From NCBI GenBank assembly GCA_027923505.1, contig BROI01000016.1, forward strand, positions 310,001 to 374,000: 64,000 nt of DNA, in the 5' to 3' direction. Positions 45,360 through 57,574 of the stretch are shown here, piece after piece (position 1 is the stretch's first letter; the number at the start of each line of letters is the position of its first letter). Made by a program: the position numbers and the translations under genes. The DNA comes from Mayamaea pseudoterrestris (Eukaryota). Under the pieces are notes generated by a model. It was not told the DNA's origin. It saw only the letters and a program-made list of their open reading frames with translations, and made no database searches.

Positions 45360-45944
45360 CTATAGCAGCGCCGTCTCTGGCAGAGTAGCTGAAGTCGTTA
45401 CGGAATAGATAACCAGTCCAAGCACTGCTGCAGCAATGGCAAACAAAGCGTAGGCCACCACTAGTGCACCCTTGCCCAACACGCGCTGCCCACGCGACGA
45501 CTCTGGTGCATCTTCCTCGCCAATAATGACAATCGAGTCGGAGCCTGTTCCAAACGACTCGCCGAAAGCAATTCTCCTCCAGAATTCATACGTTGCAATG
45601 GCGAACGGAATGACTCCAATGATAAACACGAGAATGGTTTGCGTCGGCGAAAGAGCAAAGGTTGATGTTGCAGCATTCACCGCGCCCGTCGTCGTCGTTC
45701 CTGCTGCCATTGGTTCATCCAGGGATAGAAACAATGACGGCAGATGAAAAGAGGAACCTTGTGCCATCCAAATCTTCGAAGCGTGTAATCGTTCTGCGAA
45801 ATGGCTGTGATCAATCGACGCAACGTGTAGATTGCTCTTGATGGATACTGCTGCCGCTTTGGCGCGATTTGAACCAGAAGAACTGACGAATGCTGAGCAG
45901 CTCTTGCCAATAGATATCAATATTTTAAAGATATATAACTTCAT
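45360..45944 (-). CDS. Plastid-targeted two-TM protein of unknown function
   Basis: Leader ending SCSAFVSS; two hydrophobic helices around [25 protein letters not shown]. Confidence 0.75.
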   Translation of the reverse strand: MKLYIFKILISIGKSCSAFVSSSGSNRAKAAAVSIKSNLHVASIDHSHFAERLHASKIWMAQGSSFHLPSLFLSLDEPMAAGTTTTGAVNAATSTFALSPTQTILVFIIGVIPFAIATYEFWRRIAFGESFGTGSDSIVIIGEEDAPESSRGQRVLGKGALVVAYALFAIAAAVLGLVIYSVTTSATLPETALL

Positions 45945-46456
45945 TATGACGTCAAGCGAGATTTTTAACGCGGCGCAAGAGTCGGAATCAAAGACTCTGC
46001 AATGGAATCGGAAGCAAAAAGTGACCAGTTTGTCGCGTCGTTCGACCTTGCTACTCTATATAAAGAGCTTTCAATTATTTTCCGACTCAACTAAATAGTC
46101 GGTATTCAATTGGTAGACATGACGGGAATCTGTCACTGCGTCAATTGACTGGGCGGCTTGACGGCCATGGTCGGTTTCCGCAGCCCGCTCCGTTTCTAAA
46201 TTTCGCTGACGTACGACCGCTCTACTATGGCGCGGAGTGTACTACGTGACGCTCATTGACGTTCCCAAGAGTCACACTTGCTCTTTTCAACCAATCAAAA
46301 CGCTCTGACACAGCGTACGTACGAAACATTCCGCATGACATGCCTCGAACATGGTGAGGTGAGGCTTTCGCAACGACCCATCAAGTCGCTGCCGACGAGC
46401 CATTATTGCAGAGCTTCTAAGCACCTTTTTGACTGCAGCAAGTGGACGTTTCAACC

Positions 46457-48921
46457 ATGAGGACGTCTCTTGCCTTGTTGTTGGCTCTTCCAGTGGTACG
46501 TTGCGCTGAATTTAGCAAGGAAGATGCCTGGGTCGGGCGAAAGAAAAATGGAGGCTGTTCGTCAAGAAGCAAATCGGATGTTCAACGAAGCAGTTTCGAT
46601 ACGATGCCCCTAGTGGTGGCATCTTCATTGCCAAGTCAAGATATCGCTACCATCATATGGAAAACATGCATTGTCATCTCGGATCAATTGGATGGACCGC
46701 CTCGTCGTAGCGATTCCGCCATGGTCGTTCGATCCTTGCTTTTTCGAAATTCAACATACGGGTTACTTACGTACCGTTTCTATTTTTCTTTCAGGTGGCG
46801 ACGGCATTTACCTCCCGCGCCTTCACTCCACGGTCCGTTAATAATGTCCTCAATGCTCAAGACTCTAATATTCCTGGTCCACCTTACCAAGGCCCCGCTG
46901 TAAAACCTATATTGGACTCGATTTCCTCGCCAGCTAACATGAAAACTCTCGACATGCGGCAGCTAAAACAATTGACTCACGAACTACGATGGGAAGTTCT
47001 GGAATCAGTTTCCAAAACGGGAGGTCACTTGAGTTCATCGCTGGGAGTCATGGAGCTGACTGTTGCGCTACATTATGTGTTTGACATGCCAGAGGATGAC
47101 ATTATATGGGACGTTTCGCACCAGTGCTACCCGCACAAGATTTTGACGGGCCGACGAGGTGGCATGGCAAAGTTGCGCCAGCTGGGTGGTATTTCCGGAT
47201 TCTGCAAGCGAAAGGAGAGCCCGTATGACTCGTTTGGAGCAGGACATTCGTCAACGAGTATCAGCGCCGCCCAAGGAATGAGCATTGCCAAAAGCATGTT
47301 GGGCAAGCGAAAGAACAATTGCATTGCTGTCATTGGTGATGGCGCAATTACTGGAGGAATGGCGTATGAAGCCATGAACTCGGCTGGATATTTGAACTCA
47401 CGAATGATTGTCATCCTCAATGACAATGGCCAAGTTAGTCTACCAACTGGAACACCTAGTGCTGGTGGCACGGTTCCTGCGTCGCAATTATCGACGTACA
47501 CATCAAACTTGCTCGTTTCCAAGCCATTCCAAGACTTTCGTGACTTTGCCAAAAGCTTTAACAAGCTACTACCAGAGAGCTTACAGGATGTCAACAAACG
47601 TATTGACGAATATGCTCGTGGTGTTGTCACGGGTGGAACGCTTTTCGAAGAACTCGGGTTTTATTACGTTGGGCCCGTGGATGGCCACGACCTCGAAAAC
47701 ATGATTCCAATTTTGGAAAAGCTTCGCGATAGCCCCAACAATAAGCCTGTTCTGCTGCATCTGAAGACGACCAAAGGCTATGGATATCCACCAGCTCTGG
47801 AAGCTAGCGACCGTATGCACGGAGTTGGAAAGTTTGACCTTGGAACCGGAAAACAAATTAAACCTTCAAAGCCATCGTCCCCAAGTTTGACATCAATTTT
47901 TGCAAACGCCTTGATTGATGCGGCTACAGAGGATCGAACCGTTGTTGGTATTACTGCGGCCATGCCAGGCGGAACAGGAATGGACATTTTCGGTCGACGC
48001 TTTCCCAAGCGAACCTTTGATGTCGGCATTGCTGAGCAGCATGCTGTTACGATGGGTGCGGGTATGGCTTGTGAAGGGCTCAAGCCCTTTGTTTGCATTT
48101 ATTCCACCTTTATGCAACGCGGCTACGACCAAGTCATGCACGATGTTGCTGTTCAAAACCTTCCCGTTCGCATGGTACTCGACCGAGCCGGTTTGGTTGG
48201 AAATGACGGTCCAACCCATCACGGATGCTACGACTTGAGCTATTTAGGGTGCATTCCAAACCTTACGATAATGGCTCCAAGTGACGAAATAGAGCTCAAA
48301 AACATGGTCATGACGCAGGCAGCCTACAACGACGGACCGACCGTCATGCGGTACCCACGCGGGACAGGCTATGGCGCAGAGAAACTGCAAAGCTTATTTG
48401 GCTACAAGCTGTTGAATGGCGAGATCCCAGCCAAGGGCGAGGTTATCCCTATCGGTAAAGGACGCGTTGTACGAAGACCGGGTGGCGCTCGAGGAAAGTC
48501 ACGCAAGGACCGTGTAGCTATTCTTTCGCTTGGTACCCGACTGCATGAATCGCTCGTGGCGGCAAATGAAGTTGAGGAAATTGACGACTCACTTGGCGTG
48601 ACTGTTGCCGATGCCCGATTTATGAAGCCGCTTGATGTTGATTTGGTAAGAGAGCTTGCCGACGATCATTCGGTCATCATAACGATTGAAGAAGGTAGCA
48701 TTGGTGGATTTGGAGATCATGTCTTACATTTCCTTGCACTTGATGGGCTTCTTGACGACGGCAACCTTAAATTCCGCCCAATGGTGATCCCAGACACTTA
48801 TTTTGAAACTGCTACACAATACGAACAATATGAACAAGCTGGTCTTAACTCGGAACATATCCGAGGGACCATTCTTCGGCTGACGAAACGAATTCATGTG
48901 CCGACACTGCAAGATGTTTAA
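46457..48921 (+). CDS. dxs: 1-deoxy-D-xylulose-5-phosphate synthase, plastid-targeted; exons 46457-46495 and 46795-48921
   Basis: GGHLSSSLG, WDVSHQCYPHK, GDGA..NDN, GPVDGHD, DVGIAEQHA and DRAGLVGNDGPTHHG motifs. Splicing gives the leader MRTSLALLLALPVVATAF. Confidence 0.97.
46496..46794 (+). other. Phase-0 GT-AG intron (299 bp) within the dxs signal peptide
   Basis: GTACGT donor, tacttac branch-like site, pyrimidine tract and ttcAG acceptor; removal restores signal peptide plus AF. Confidence 0.85.
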
Positions 48922-49860
48922 AAACTAACGTTCCATGACTATTAAATTATGCTTAATGCGCTTTCATCGTTGATATATTAGATGTCGACCGGCGACGTTT
49001 GAGTCATTGCGATAAAGCTGTCGCCATAGGTGTCCTCGCCATGATCCTTTTGGAGAGAGGCGGTATGATAAACTTCTTGACCCTGGACTTCGGAGAAGAC
49101 TCTGCCAAGCAAAATACCGCCACTCGGCGCGACGTTAGTTCCACTCGATTTTGAGCTCCATCCCAGTTGTAATCGACGCAAGCTCTTCCATCTACCAACG
49201 TCTTCCGAGGATTGTTGGAGTACCTCGCGCTCTCTTCGCCTCCGCAAGATCAAAGTCCAATCGTTGTATGATTGATGGAGTTTCCTCGCATTCCCGTCGC
49301 CTCCGCAAATCGAGCCAAAGGAGTCGGCTATTCCCTCGGAGCAAAGGAACGGAAAGCCAGAATGTGCTGGCAGCAGTTTGCTGCTGCTGGACCGGCGATC
49401 ATCTTATCTTGTACTCAAATCCGAACGCTTACTTGTGTGCTTGATAGGGGAGTATAATGCGTACTCGAGTACGCGAGTCTCCCGACTCGGACTTACTCAC
49501 GTGCGAAGGTTGAGAAAAGATTCTCCCATTTGACGCTCCACAAGCTCAACAACTGAATAAGCCCAAGCGAGCTACTTAGATAAAAACTTGCAGTTCCATG
49601 CAAATAAGCAGACGCACATTGTAGATCCGTGATATCATCTGCGTCGGAGAGAAACGTCATCTCAATTGACAGCGAACACCTTGTACACACCGTATCCGCG
49701 AGAATTTCCCGCGTCACTTGTTGCTCGCATCACAACAAGCGAGCTGCGAACACCAGTAATACCCCGGACTGCCGAGAATTTCTTCGTTTCCAGTTTCTCT
49801 CACAAACCGCGTTACTGACTTGCTTTCAACAGCACTCGGTCTACCTCGTTCTCGAAGACT

Positions 49861-50628
49861 ATGAGCACGCCAACTTACCAGTCTTTCATTGAACGCCCAG
49901 CATACCGCGCGGCGCTCATTCTTAACAATTTTGGTGTGCGACTTCTGGAACGACATTGCTACAATCAAGCTCTGCTAACCCTCCGAGATGCACTCACCCT
50001 TTTGCCCCTTGGCGTGGACTCCGTGAACTCGATTACGTGCTGCTGCGAGGACGTTGTGGCCAAGCATGCTGGGGAACGAATCAGGTTGGCCATGTCGCGC
50101 TTGGCGGCCCCCGAGCCCCACGAAGGCGTAATGGGGCTGCGAATGCTCGATACCGACTCTCTGTCAAAGGGCAGCTCCGCGGCTCCGTCTCCCGACGTGG
50201 CGACCATCATTTATATCCAAGAACTTGACTTGTGCCAACTGTCATCGGCAGATCAAGATCCAGCTGTGTTTGCGACAAGCATCTTGATGCAAAACTTTGC
50301 CGTCGTCTACCAGTGTCTCTCGCGCTTGTTGCTGAGTGACACGGATCGTCGAGGGTTCCTGCATGGTGCCCGAGACTTGCAAAACGCTTCAAGCAAGCTT
50401 CTTCGCAATCATCGCGACGATTGCGCCGACTACCTCCGCATGTCCAGTCTTTTGCATCTGGAGGTAATCATTCTCAGCAGCTCCGTCGCGCTACTAGACG
50501 AGATGCAAGAGGAACAAGAAGCTAAGCAGCTATACAAAGAGCTCCAGGACTTGGTGGAGTGGGTTGCGGCGGGCGCCAGCTTTTGGAAATGCATGGAGCC
50601 AGAGTCAATGACCGCCGGCGCTGCCTAA
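49861..50628 (+). CDS. Hypothetical TPR-like protein of a diatom-type family
   Basis: AALILNNFGVRLLERHCYNQALLTLRDAL start and ending TAGAA; 255 aa ORF. Confidence 0.7.
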   Translation: MSTPTYQSFIERPAYRAALILNNFGVRLLERHCYNQALLTLRDALTLLPLGVDSVNSITCCCEDVVAKHAGERIRLAMSRLAAPEPHEGVMGLRMLDTDSLSKGSSAAPSPDVATIIYIQELDLCQLSSADQDPAVFATSILMQNFAVVYQCLSRLLLSDTDRRGFLHGARDLQNASSKLLRNHRDDCADYLRMSSLLHLEVIILSSSVALLDEMQEEQEAKQLYKELQDLVEWVAAGASFWKCMEPESMTAGAA

Positions 50629-51387
50629 ATAAGACGAACATGTACACAATGCGCGTTGCACAGAGCATACTCTATAGAAGCAGCGATAAATATAAGGGAG
50701 TAACTAAGATAAACACGTTAATGTAACTAATGATTCACATGCGCATAATCCTCGTAGGCAATCCACCGAATACCGTGCGGGCGTAAATTAGCAACAGCCG
50801 CAAAAATCCTGCCGCGATCCGCTGCGGAAACAGCCAAATCAAGAGCATCGGCACATACCGGTATGGACGCGCTAAAGAGGAGATGACCTACGAAAGAGGT
50901 CTGCGAAAAAGATGGCCCGAGACCTCGATGGACGAGATGATGTTGACCGTGGTTCAAAGTCGCGCTACTGCACACACAATACTCACTCTTCGGTCCATCT
51001 ATCGCGTCGAACTTCGTGACCGCCTTCAACCGTTCTCATTCTAGCAAGCGCCCTTGGCGTCGAACCAAATGACTCTTCGGATTTTTACGCCAGGTTCATT
51101 CAACTTTGGCTGGCGGGACAGAACTCTCCGCCATTGTCCGATTCGTGACTGATAGTCACAGGACTCGCGTTTTCATGACGCCTGAAATTGGAGCACACGA
51201 ACCTTTGACGGAAAGATTCGATTCAACGAAGACGAGCGATGACCAATCATCTTCCACAGTCGCGGCAAGTTTGACGTCGGCAGTCGTCGCCATTCGGCCC
51301 GATTAGCCATCACTGCAGCTTGACAGATTTGAAGCCATTACACATACTACTACTGCATTGTACCTTACGATTGCTCTTGCTTTTACC

Positions 51388-51843
51388 ATGACCCGCTTCG
51401 TCTGCCTTGCCGTCTTGCTTGCCGCCTCTTGTCGTGCCTTTGCACCTCTACATGCGTCATTTAGAATCTCGCCGTCTAGCGCTCTGAATCTTTTGCCGCA
51501 CGAAGGATCGCAGTTGGTGGCAGCTTCGCGCACGGCGTATTCTACCAGCTCAAAGTCAGAAGACGACCAAGACCATGCTTCTCTTGACACTCCAACAGCC
51601 ATCGCTCCGTCCAAAGCCCAAGCCTTTGTCGCTCGCGTCTTTTCACTCCCAGCCTCCATTCGCCATCCACACTCACCGGAAGCGGAAACGGACGATGGAG
51701 TATTGTATCCCATTGTTGGCTTTTGCCTCGTCAAGGGAGGCAAGGCGCTGCCAACGACGAGTAATCCGGCCTGTCGCATTCCGCCGCGCGATGAAGAACT
51801 ATATGGCTGGTTTCGGGCGCCGCTAAAGTCAGTCAAACCATAA
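51388..51843 (+). CDS. Small plastid-targeted hypothetical protein
   Basis: MTRFVCLAVLLAASCRAFAP is a signal peptide plus AFAP; LYPIVGF and EELYGWF blocks. Confidence 0.8.
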   Translation: MTRFVCLAVLLAASCRAFAPLHASFRISPSSALNLLPHEGSQLVAASRTAYSTSSKSEDDQDHASLDTPTAIAPSKAQAFVARVFSLPASIRHPHSPEAETDDGVLYPIVGFCLVKGGKALPTTSNPACRIPPRDEELYGWFRAPLKSVKP

Positions 51844-52074
51844 GACAAGACGCGAAACATGGTTGACATGTGGAGTATTAGCAAGAAGGCTTGCGTTTGT
51901 GGAAGGCGTGAAGGATTGGATTGAGCGATGAGCTGTTCAATTCTCTGTATCGTCGCCTTGGCATGCGCTTGCGCACATTTATATTGTATATTAGCTAAAA
52001 AACGTTACATATTTTTATCTCGCTTAACTATTAAAATTCTACTGGAAGTACTATTGCATAGCAAAATACACGTT

Positions 52075-54123
52075 TCACGCCCAAAAATGTTGAACGACCA
52101 AATCAATCGGCAAGCGACAGACTGGACATGGATCGCTTCGCGCCTTTAGTATGCGAGCGCACTGCAAGCAGCAGGCAATGTGGCCAGTTTCTCCATGCAC
52201 CAAGGTGGCGGACCGGTCGTCATTGAGGCAAATGAGGCAGCGATTGTCTCTGGCGCCGTCAGCGGCACCGCTTGTGCGCAAGGTTGCCGCGGCAGAGTAG
52301 ACTGTTCTTGGTGACTTTGATGCGGTAGTATCGACTTGGTCATTCTCAGTGTCCAAATCCATACTGGTAGTCGCCGCAATGGGAGACACTGATGATGCAG
52401 TTAATCCTACTTGCCGGTTTTGCTCTTGCTGCACCCGCCGCATTTCTCGCAAGTGATACTCACCAGCATGTTCGGGATCAAACTCATTGTCCACTCCAAC
52501 AATTTCGACCACCACCAAGTCTTCGGGCGGTCGTTTGTTTAGCCGACAGCTCATCCAGCCACCATTGCCAGCTAGCTGGAGTCGCTCAATGCAGCGATCC
52601 GTTGGATGATCCGAGTACTTGCGACTCACAATGGTGACAATGGCGCCAAAGGGAACGTGACCAATCTGCGGGCTGGAAAGCTCCACGCCACTCCGCAGAA
52701 CGGCGCCTTGCTCGAGTACAATTCGGTACTTGACTGGACATGGAAACGGAAGTGGTTGCAATATGGGCCCGCGCTGTCCGGACAAGGGATTCAAGTACTC
52801 TGAGCACCAACCTTCGATAGTAGGCATGTCGTGACTTGTTTTGTTGTTGATGCTGTTGTTGTGTGCGAATGGAAAGGTTGGATAGATAGTCGTCGGTAAA
52901 CCTAGCTTACTTGGCGAAGCGCTGCTTCCTCCTGCATCACCATTATCGTCATTACTAATCACTTTCACTTGCAGTCGCGAAAGTCCCATGGTGTTGATTA
53001 CCTTGCGCGTCACTTGAACAATGGTACCGTACGGCAACAGCACAGTTTGCGGTGAGCTCAAGTCGAGTCCGTCACGAACAACGGCTCCTCCGGAACATGT
53101 CACGATCCATTGCCACAGCTTGGGACGACAATATTGAACGGGTAGTCCTGCCATTGCCATGCTGTAGCCATTGTGATTCAACACAATGTAGCCAGTGCAT
53201 GGTGATTCAATGCGCAGTACTTGCGTCCATCCGAGACGGCCGGATGGAAATGAGCGGCGACTCGGATCAGTTGATGTAGAGTCTGGTAGCGAGTCAACTT
53301 GAACTGGGCGCAATGTTTCGCTGTCAAGCGTGACAAGGTTTGTTCCAATGACTATTGATCCAGGCGCCAGCGACGAAACCATGGACTTGTCGTGAAGCGA
53401 TGGAACGTTTGCAAAGACTGCCAATTGATGCGAATTTGGACACTGCCACCAAAGGTCATCATCGGCAAACAAATTTGAAAATGCAGATGGCAAGGTTGTT
53501 AGCGGAGCAGCTTGGTTGCGCTGGTGCAGGCGAGCTGATTGCAGCCACTCTTGTCGATGATGCATTTCATGTTCCCGACGATCGGATTGCCAAGCGTCGA
53601 TTGCGTTCTTGTCATCGTCATGCAGCGGAAATGAGGACTGACTCGCTTCTATTTCCTCCATAGCAGTTGCATTGGACGCTCTAATTGGAGGAGAGGAAGT
53701 TGATTCTGTGGATATTTCTGCTGGTGGTTCGTCGTCGTCAGAGGTGTGAATCCAGCTTTCGGACATGTTGGCCGCTCCTCCTTGTTGCTGTTCTCCATTT
53801 GGCGGCGGCTGACTCCTAGACGATGCGTCAAAGAAGCGATCATCCTGAATGACTATAAAGTCTTGATTCGGTTCGTCGCTAACATTGTTTTGTACATCGT
53901 TTGTTTCCATCTGATTTCCGCCAGCTGTAACATCTGAGGAGGTGTCATGTCGTTGTTGCTGTACTTCCTCCTGCATGGTCTCACTTGCGTCCGTAGCATT
54001 TATTATGCCCAATGCCGGTAATTCTGGAAGTTGATCTATTGTATTTGCTCGACCATCTCCAGGAACGCCTTGAAGGACGACAAAGCTTCCAGGCAATCGA
54101 ATTCTTAAAGAATCGGTCATCAT
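52075..54123 (-). CDS. RING E3 ligase with SH3-like repeats and a C-terminal MDM2-type RING
   Basis: CLIC..HGETGHIACCLQCA..CPVC at the C-terminus; two GAV.R.G..LSS...P.G.IV...RLQ...GW.S repeats. Confidence 0.85.
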   Translation of the reverse strand: MMTDSLRIRLPGSFVVLQGVPGDGRANTIDQLPELPALGIINATDASETMQEEVQQQRHDTSSDVTAGGNQMETNDVQNNVSDEPNQDFIVIQDDRFFDASSRSQPPPNGEQQQGGAANMSESWIHTSDDDEPPAEISTESTSSPPIRASNATAMEEIEASQSSFPLHDDDKNAIDAWQSDRREHEMHHRQEWLQSARLHQRNQAAPLTTLPSAFSNLFADDDLWWQCPNSHQLAVFANVPSLHDKSMVSSLAPGSIVIGTNLVTLDSETLRPVQVDSLPDSTSTDPSRRSFPSGRLGWTQVLRIESPCTGYIVLNHNGYSMAMAGLPVQYCRPKLWQWIVTCSGGAVVRDGLDLSSPQTVLLPYGTIVQVTRKVINTMGLSRLQVKVISNDDNGDAGGSSASPSKLGLPTTIYPTFPFAHNNSINNKTSHDMPTIEGWCSEYLNPLSGQRGPILQPLPFPCPVKYRIVLEQGAVLRSGVELSSPQIGHVPFGAIVTIVSRKYSDHPTDRCIERLQLAGNGGWMSCRLNKRPPEDLVVVEIVGVDNEFDPEHAGEYHLREMRRVQQEQNRQVGLTASSVSPIAATTSMDLDTENDQVDTTASKSPRTVYSAAATLRTSGAADGARDNRCLICLNDDRSATLVHGETGHIACCLQCARILKARSDPCPVCRLPIDLVVQHFWA

Positions 54124-54483
54124 GATGTCAAGCGACCGGTAGAATGGGACAGTCAGATTGGATGGCTGATACTTTGATGCGTGTTACTCTGTACTCAATT
54201 TTTCCTAATATGACTTCGTTGCTTCCCTGTAAAAGTAGTCTAATGAGAGTATCAGACGAGTGCTTTAAAAGCCAGAATAGTGGACCTGCGAAAGCCAAAT
54301 AATAATCATCATGGTGATTGTGACGGCAAAAGGTGCATGTCGAACCGGTAATCGACGAGTAACGGAGCGACGCGAAGAAACGACGATGATGATTTTGATC
54401 TTGGGCACCTTTCATTTGTAAGTCATGCACTTGAGCATATTGTACGCAGATTATATCCCAGACTTAGTGAAACAAACGAAATT

Positions 54484-54987
54484 ATGGCAGTACCGATAGT
54501 CAGAAAGAGCAGCGGAAGCTCGCTCATGAAGGGCAACATTATGCCATTGCCGCCGGTGCCACCTGCAACATCGTCGTCTTCATTTTCATTTTACTCGCTC
54601 ATTTCCCATCGATCGGCTCTCAGAGTCACTGCCTTCGTCATGTTACTATTTGGAATACTTGGAACTGCTTTCCCGTCGAAACTGTATGCGGAAATGATGG
54701 GTGAATCGGCAGTGTTGCTGACGGAAGAAACCAAATTTTTCATATTCCTCTTTGCCATTCGAGAAATAGTCATGGCAGCCTGGCTCTTTGGTGCGTCCAC
54801 TTACCTGAATGACGAAACATGCAGAATGCTCCTTTGGAGTATTTTACTCGTGCTCATGCCTGCAGAATGCTTCCTCTGGTTGGCTTCGCGCTCATTCGTG
54901 GCGGAAAAAGATGTCGCCAAGAGTCTGACGAATCAAGCAATCTTTGTGTCTTACTTGATTGTTTCAGCTTTCTTTGGAGGCAAATAG
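54484..54987 (+). CDS. Four-TM membrane protein
   Basis: Hydrophobic helices and FAIREIVMA motif; paralog of the next gene. Confidence 0.7.
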   Translation: MAVPIVRKSSGSSLMKGNIMPLPPVPPATSSSSFSFYSLISHRSALRVTAFVMLLFGILGTAFPSKLYAEMMGESAVLLTEETKFFIFLFAIREIVMAAWLFGASTYLNDETCRMLLWSILLVLMPAECFLWLASRSFVAEKDVAKSLTNQAIFVSYLIVSAFFGGK

Positions 54988-55177
54988 AAAAGACCATATT
55001 ACCTCTTTGCACTACAGCCAGTAGCTAGCCAGGTTGACGAGGAAGCCGTCGACTGCCGCAGCGACACTTACTACATACAATCCACTGCACCGGCTTCCGC
55101 TAGCGTGTGTTTCGATCCACGATTGATGGAAGTCACTTTGATGATGGCAAGGTTCTGATCACGCTCTGTGTGGATGA

Positions 55178-55795
55178 ATGGCGACGATGAGGAACGCGCC
55201 TCATTTTCGATGGACCACCATGAGAGTCTCGTCAACACTTTTGCTCCTACTCACTTGCTTGTACGAACCATGGGAGGCGACAGCAGCATGTCTGCTGCAT
55301 CCGGAATATGTTCAAGACTATTACAATAAGATTGCTCTTGCTCCGTACAAGACTTCCGCCTTTGGTTTCGTCGTCAATCACGCCGTGGAGCATTCAGCGA
55401 GCAAGCGTAAAGAGCCGCGATTAAGGTTCCCTCAAATTGCATTGAAAGCAACATCGTTATTTTTATTGGCATATGGTATTGCGGGACTCTTATATCCGGA
55501 GACTCTTCATTGCAGACTTTTTGGATATTCGCTCGAGTCGCTGACTGATCGAGTGCAGGTGCGCTACGTCGTCTTTGCCGTTCGAGAGTTTGTGATGGCA
55601 ATCATGTCGCTATGGTTGAGTAGCGCTTTAAAGTCTACAAAGAATTCTCGGAAGGATAACTACCTGCCTTGCATTATATTCTTTGCGTTTGAAATCGCTT
55701 TGGTGCCTTATCTGTTTGGGAGTATTGGACGTGATCGTGGCGATGTGTTGTCGAAAGCTGGTTTGGCAGAGCCACAGGCAATAATCTCGCCGTAG
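55178..55795 (+). CDS. Membrane protein, tandem paralog of 54484..54987
   Basis: LLAYGIAGLLYP..FAVREFVMA aligns with LLFGILGTAFP..FAIREIVMA. Confidence 0.6.
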   Translation: MATMRNAPHFRWTTMRVSSTLLLLLTCLYEPWEATAACLLHPEYVQDYYNKIALAPYKTSAFGFVVNHAVEHSASKRKEPRLRFPQIALKATSLFLLAYGIAGLLYPETLHCRLFGYSLESLTDRVQVRYVVFAVREFVMAIMSLWLSSALKSTKNSRKDNYLPCIIFFAFEIALVPYLFGSIGRDRGDVLSKAGLAEPQAIISP

Positions 55796-56663
55796 ACACC
55801 ATAATGGACATGTTATAAACTTGCAGTATAGATAGAATGGTGCTCTGTGTTATCTGATGTAGCTGCCTAACAGTATGTAACACATGCATCGATTTCTACC
55901 ATGCAGTTCACTATAAAAGACTTGCAATGGTTCATTTTGACTGCCAATCCCTCAAAATCATCTAGTGTGTTTAAACTACGCTCTCCCTTTTTGGACGTGA
56001 GTTTGTTCCTTCAGACGAAAGATCAGATGGCCAACTTCTTCTGTCGGTTCTTCCTTGGTGTCGTCGCGAACATAGAGGAGTCGTCCAGCCAAAAGAATAT
56101 CATTCAGATAATTCGAAGACGAAGAGAAGCTAGCGATCCATCTTACTTGGGTGTTCGTTGCAGCCCCTATCGTACAATGCAAGTATCATAGCTGTAGGGC
56201 AAAGTGCAGGTAGCTCACGTTGCTACCGATCCGACAGGAAGCGAGTCGTAAATGCCTTGCAGTCAAGTAAGTGAGGCACTCAGCTACATCGATCTAGCGT
56301 GGAGTTAGTCTATATCTTGTGGATGGAATCGTATATTGTAACAAACCTTAAGAGGTAAACCGGGCAGTGCCTTGGCAATCGCTCATGTGCTGCCAGGACT
56401 CGAAGCGGACAGGCCGTATTCGCTCTGATACGCTAGCAACTAACGTCCAGAAACGTCCTGTAGGTGCAGATGACGATAGAGTCTAGCAACACATAAAAAT
56501 AATTGTTATTACATGCTAATAGTCGAGAGAATGGATGTACTGCAAAGTGGAAAAATACCAAACGTGTATCGATATAAAAGCGAGACTTTCCCGCGGCGTG
56601 CTTTGTCGAAATCGAAAGTACCTGGCATGAAGAAGGCATATTGGTGGAAGATATTGTCTCGAC

Positions 56664-57002
56664 TTAGTGGTTTGGGTCATTGCGAGTGTAGCAGCCAGTC
56701 TCGTCATTGTAGCCTTCAATTTGAATCTTGCCGGGGCGTTGCGAGGCGCGGCGGTACTGCGCAATGAAGGTAGGGTCCAAACCGTAAACGTACGTGTCTG
56801 GGCGTCCACTGAACATGCACTCCTGCACCATAAAGTCGGTGGCACTGTTGTCGAGGTTGGAAACGCTCATCTCATGCTGGAGACTGGCGCTGCTGTCGTT
56901 GTTAATGTTGCTTTTGTATGGAGCCTTCTTGGGGGAAGCCAGGGAATGCACCTTAGCCTTTGAGCTGGGAGCAGGAGAGGTTGGGATTGGTCCGTATGGC
57001 AT
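56664..57002 (-). CDS. Small hypothetical protein (112 aa)
   Basis: ATG at 57002; protein-like C-terminus RPDTYVYGLDP..IEGYNDETG. Confidence 0.5.
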   Translation of the reverse strand: MPYGPIPTSPAPSSKAKVHSLASPKKAPYKSNINNDSSASLQHEMSVSNLDNSATDFMVQECMFSGRPDTYVYGLDPTFIAQYRRASQRPGKIQIEGYNDETGCYTRNDPNH

Positions 57003-57574
57003 CGTTTGCAGTAGACTGAGTCTTTGAAGGGTGGCAGGGTGACAGTTGAAGCTTGGAGGTTGATTATCAAGTTGTGAATCGAAGTTGTGCAAGTCGGCGG
57101 TGGTAGGTTGTTCGATCTGAAATTGACACGGCCATCACAAGACTGTGTGGGACTCACTGCGAACATGTGCATGGTCATTGGGTATATGAAAAAGATCCAG
57201 CTTATCAAATCGATCTTGCATTCATTATGGCCTATGAGTCATAGTTCGGGCAACGATTTACGCTTGTCTTGAGTGGTGTCATTCTCGACAAGCCGGGCGG
57301 CCGAATTGTGACAGGAAAGCCCTTCACAACTTTCGCCAACTATCTTCTCGTTTCTCGCACCGCACGGGACCATCATGCACGGGATAGACCATTGACAATC
57401 GTTGATGGACTTCAATAAAATAGGCATCGATTTCAAGGTTCAGGTCAGCTGCTCTGCACGATATTTGAAGCATGGATCACGGAACGACGACGAACTTCCG
57501 GCTCCTGGAACTGTTCAGTACATAGGTCGCTGCTGGCGCTCGCTCAAAGCCGACTATATACTGTAAACCGCCTT

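Noticed and set aside
46442..46903. Separate 153-aa ORF upstream of dxs
   Set aside because: Explained as dxs exon 1 reading through the intron.
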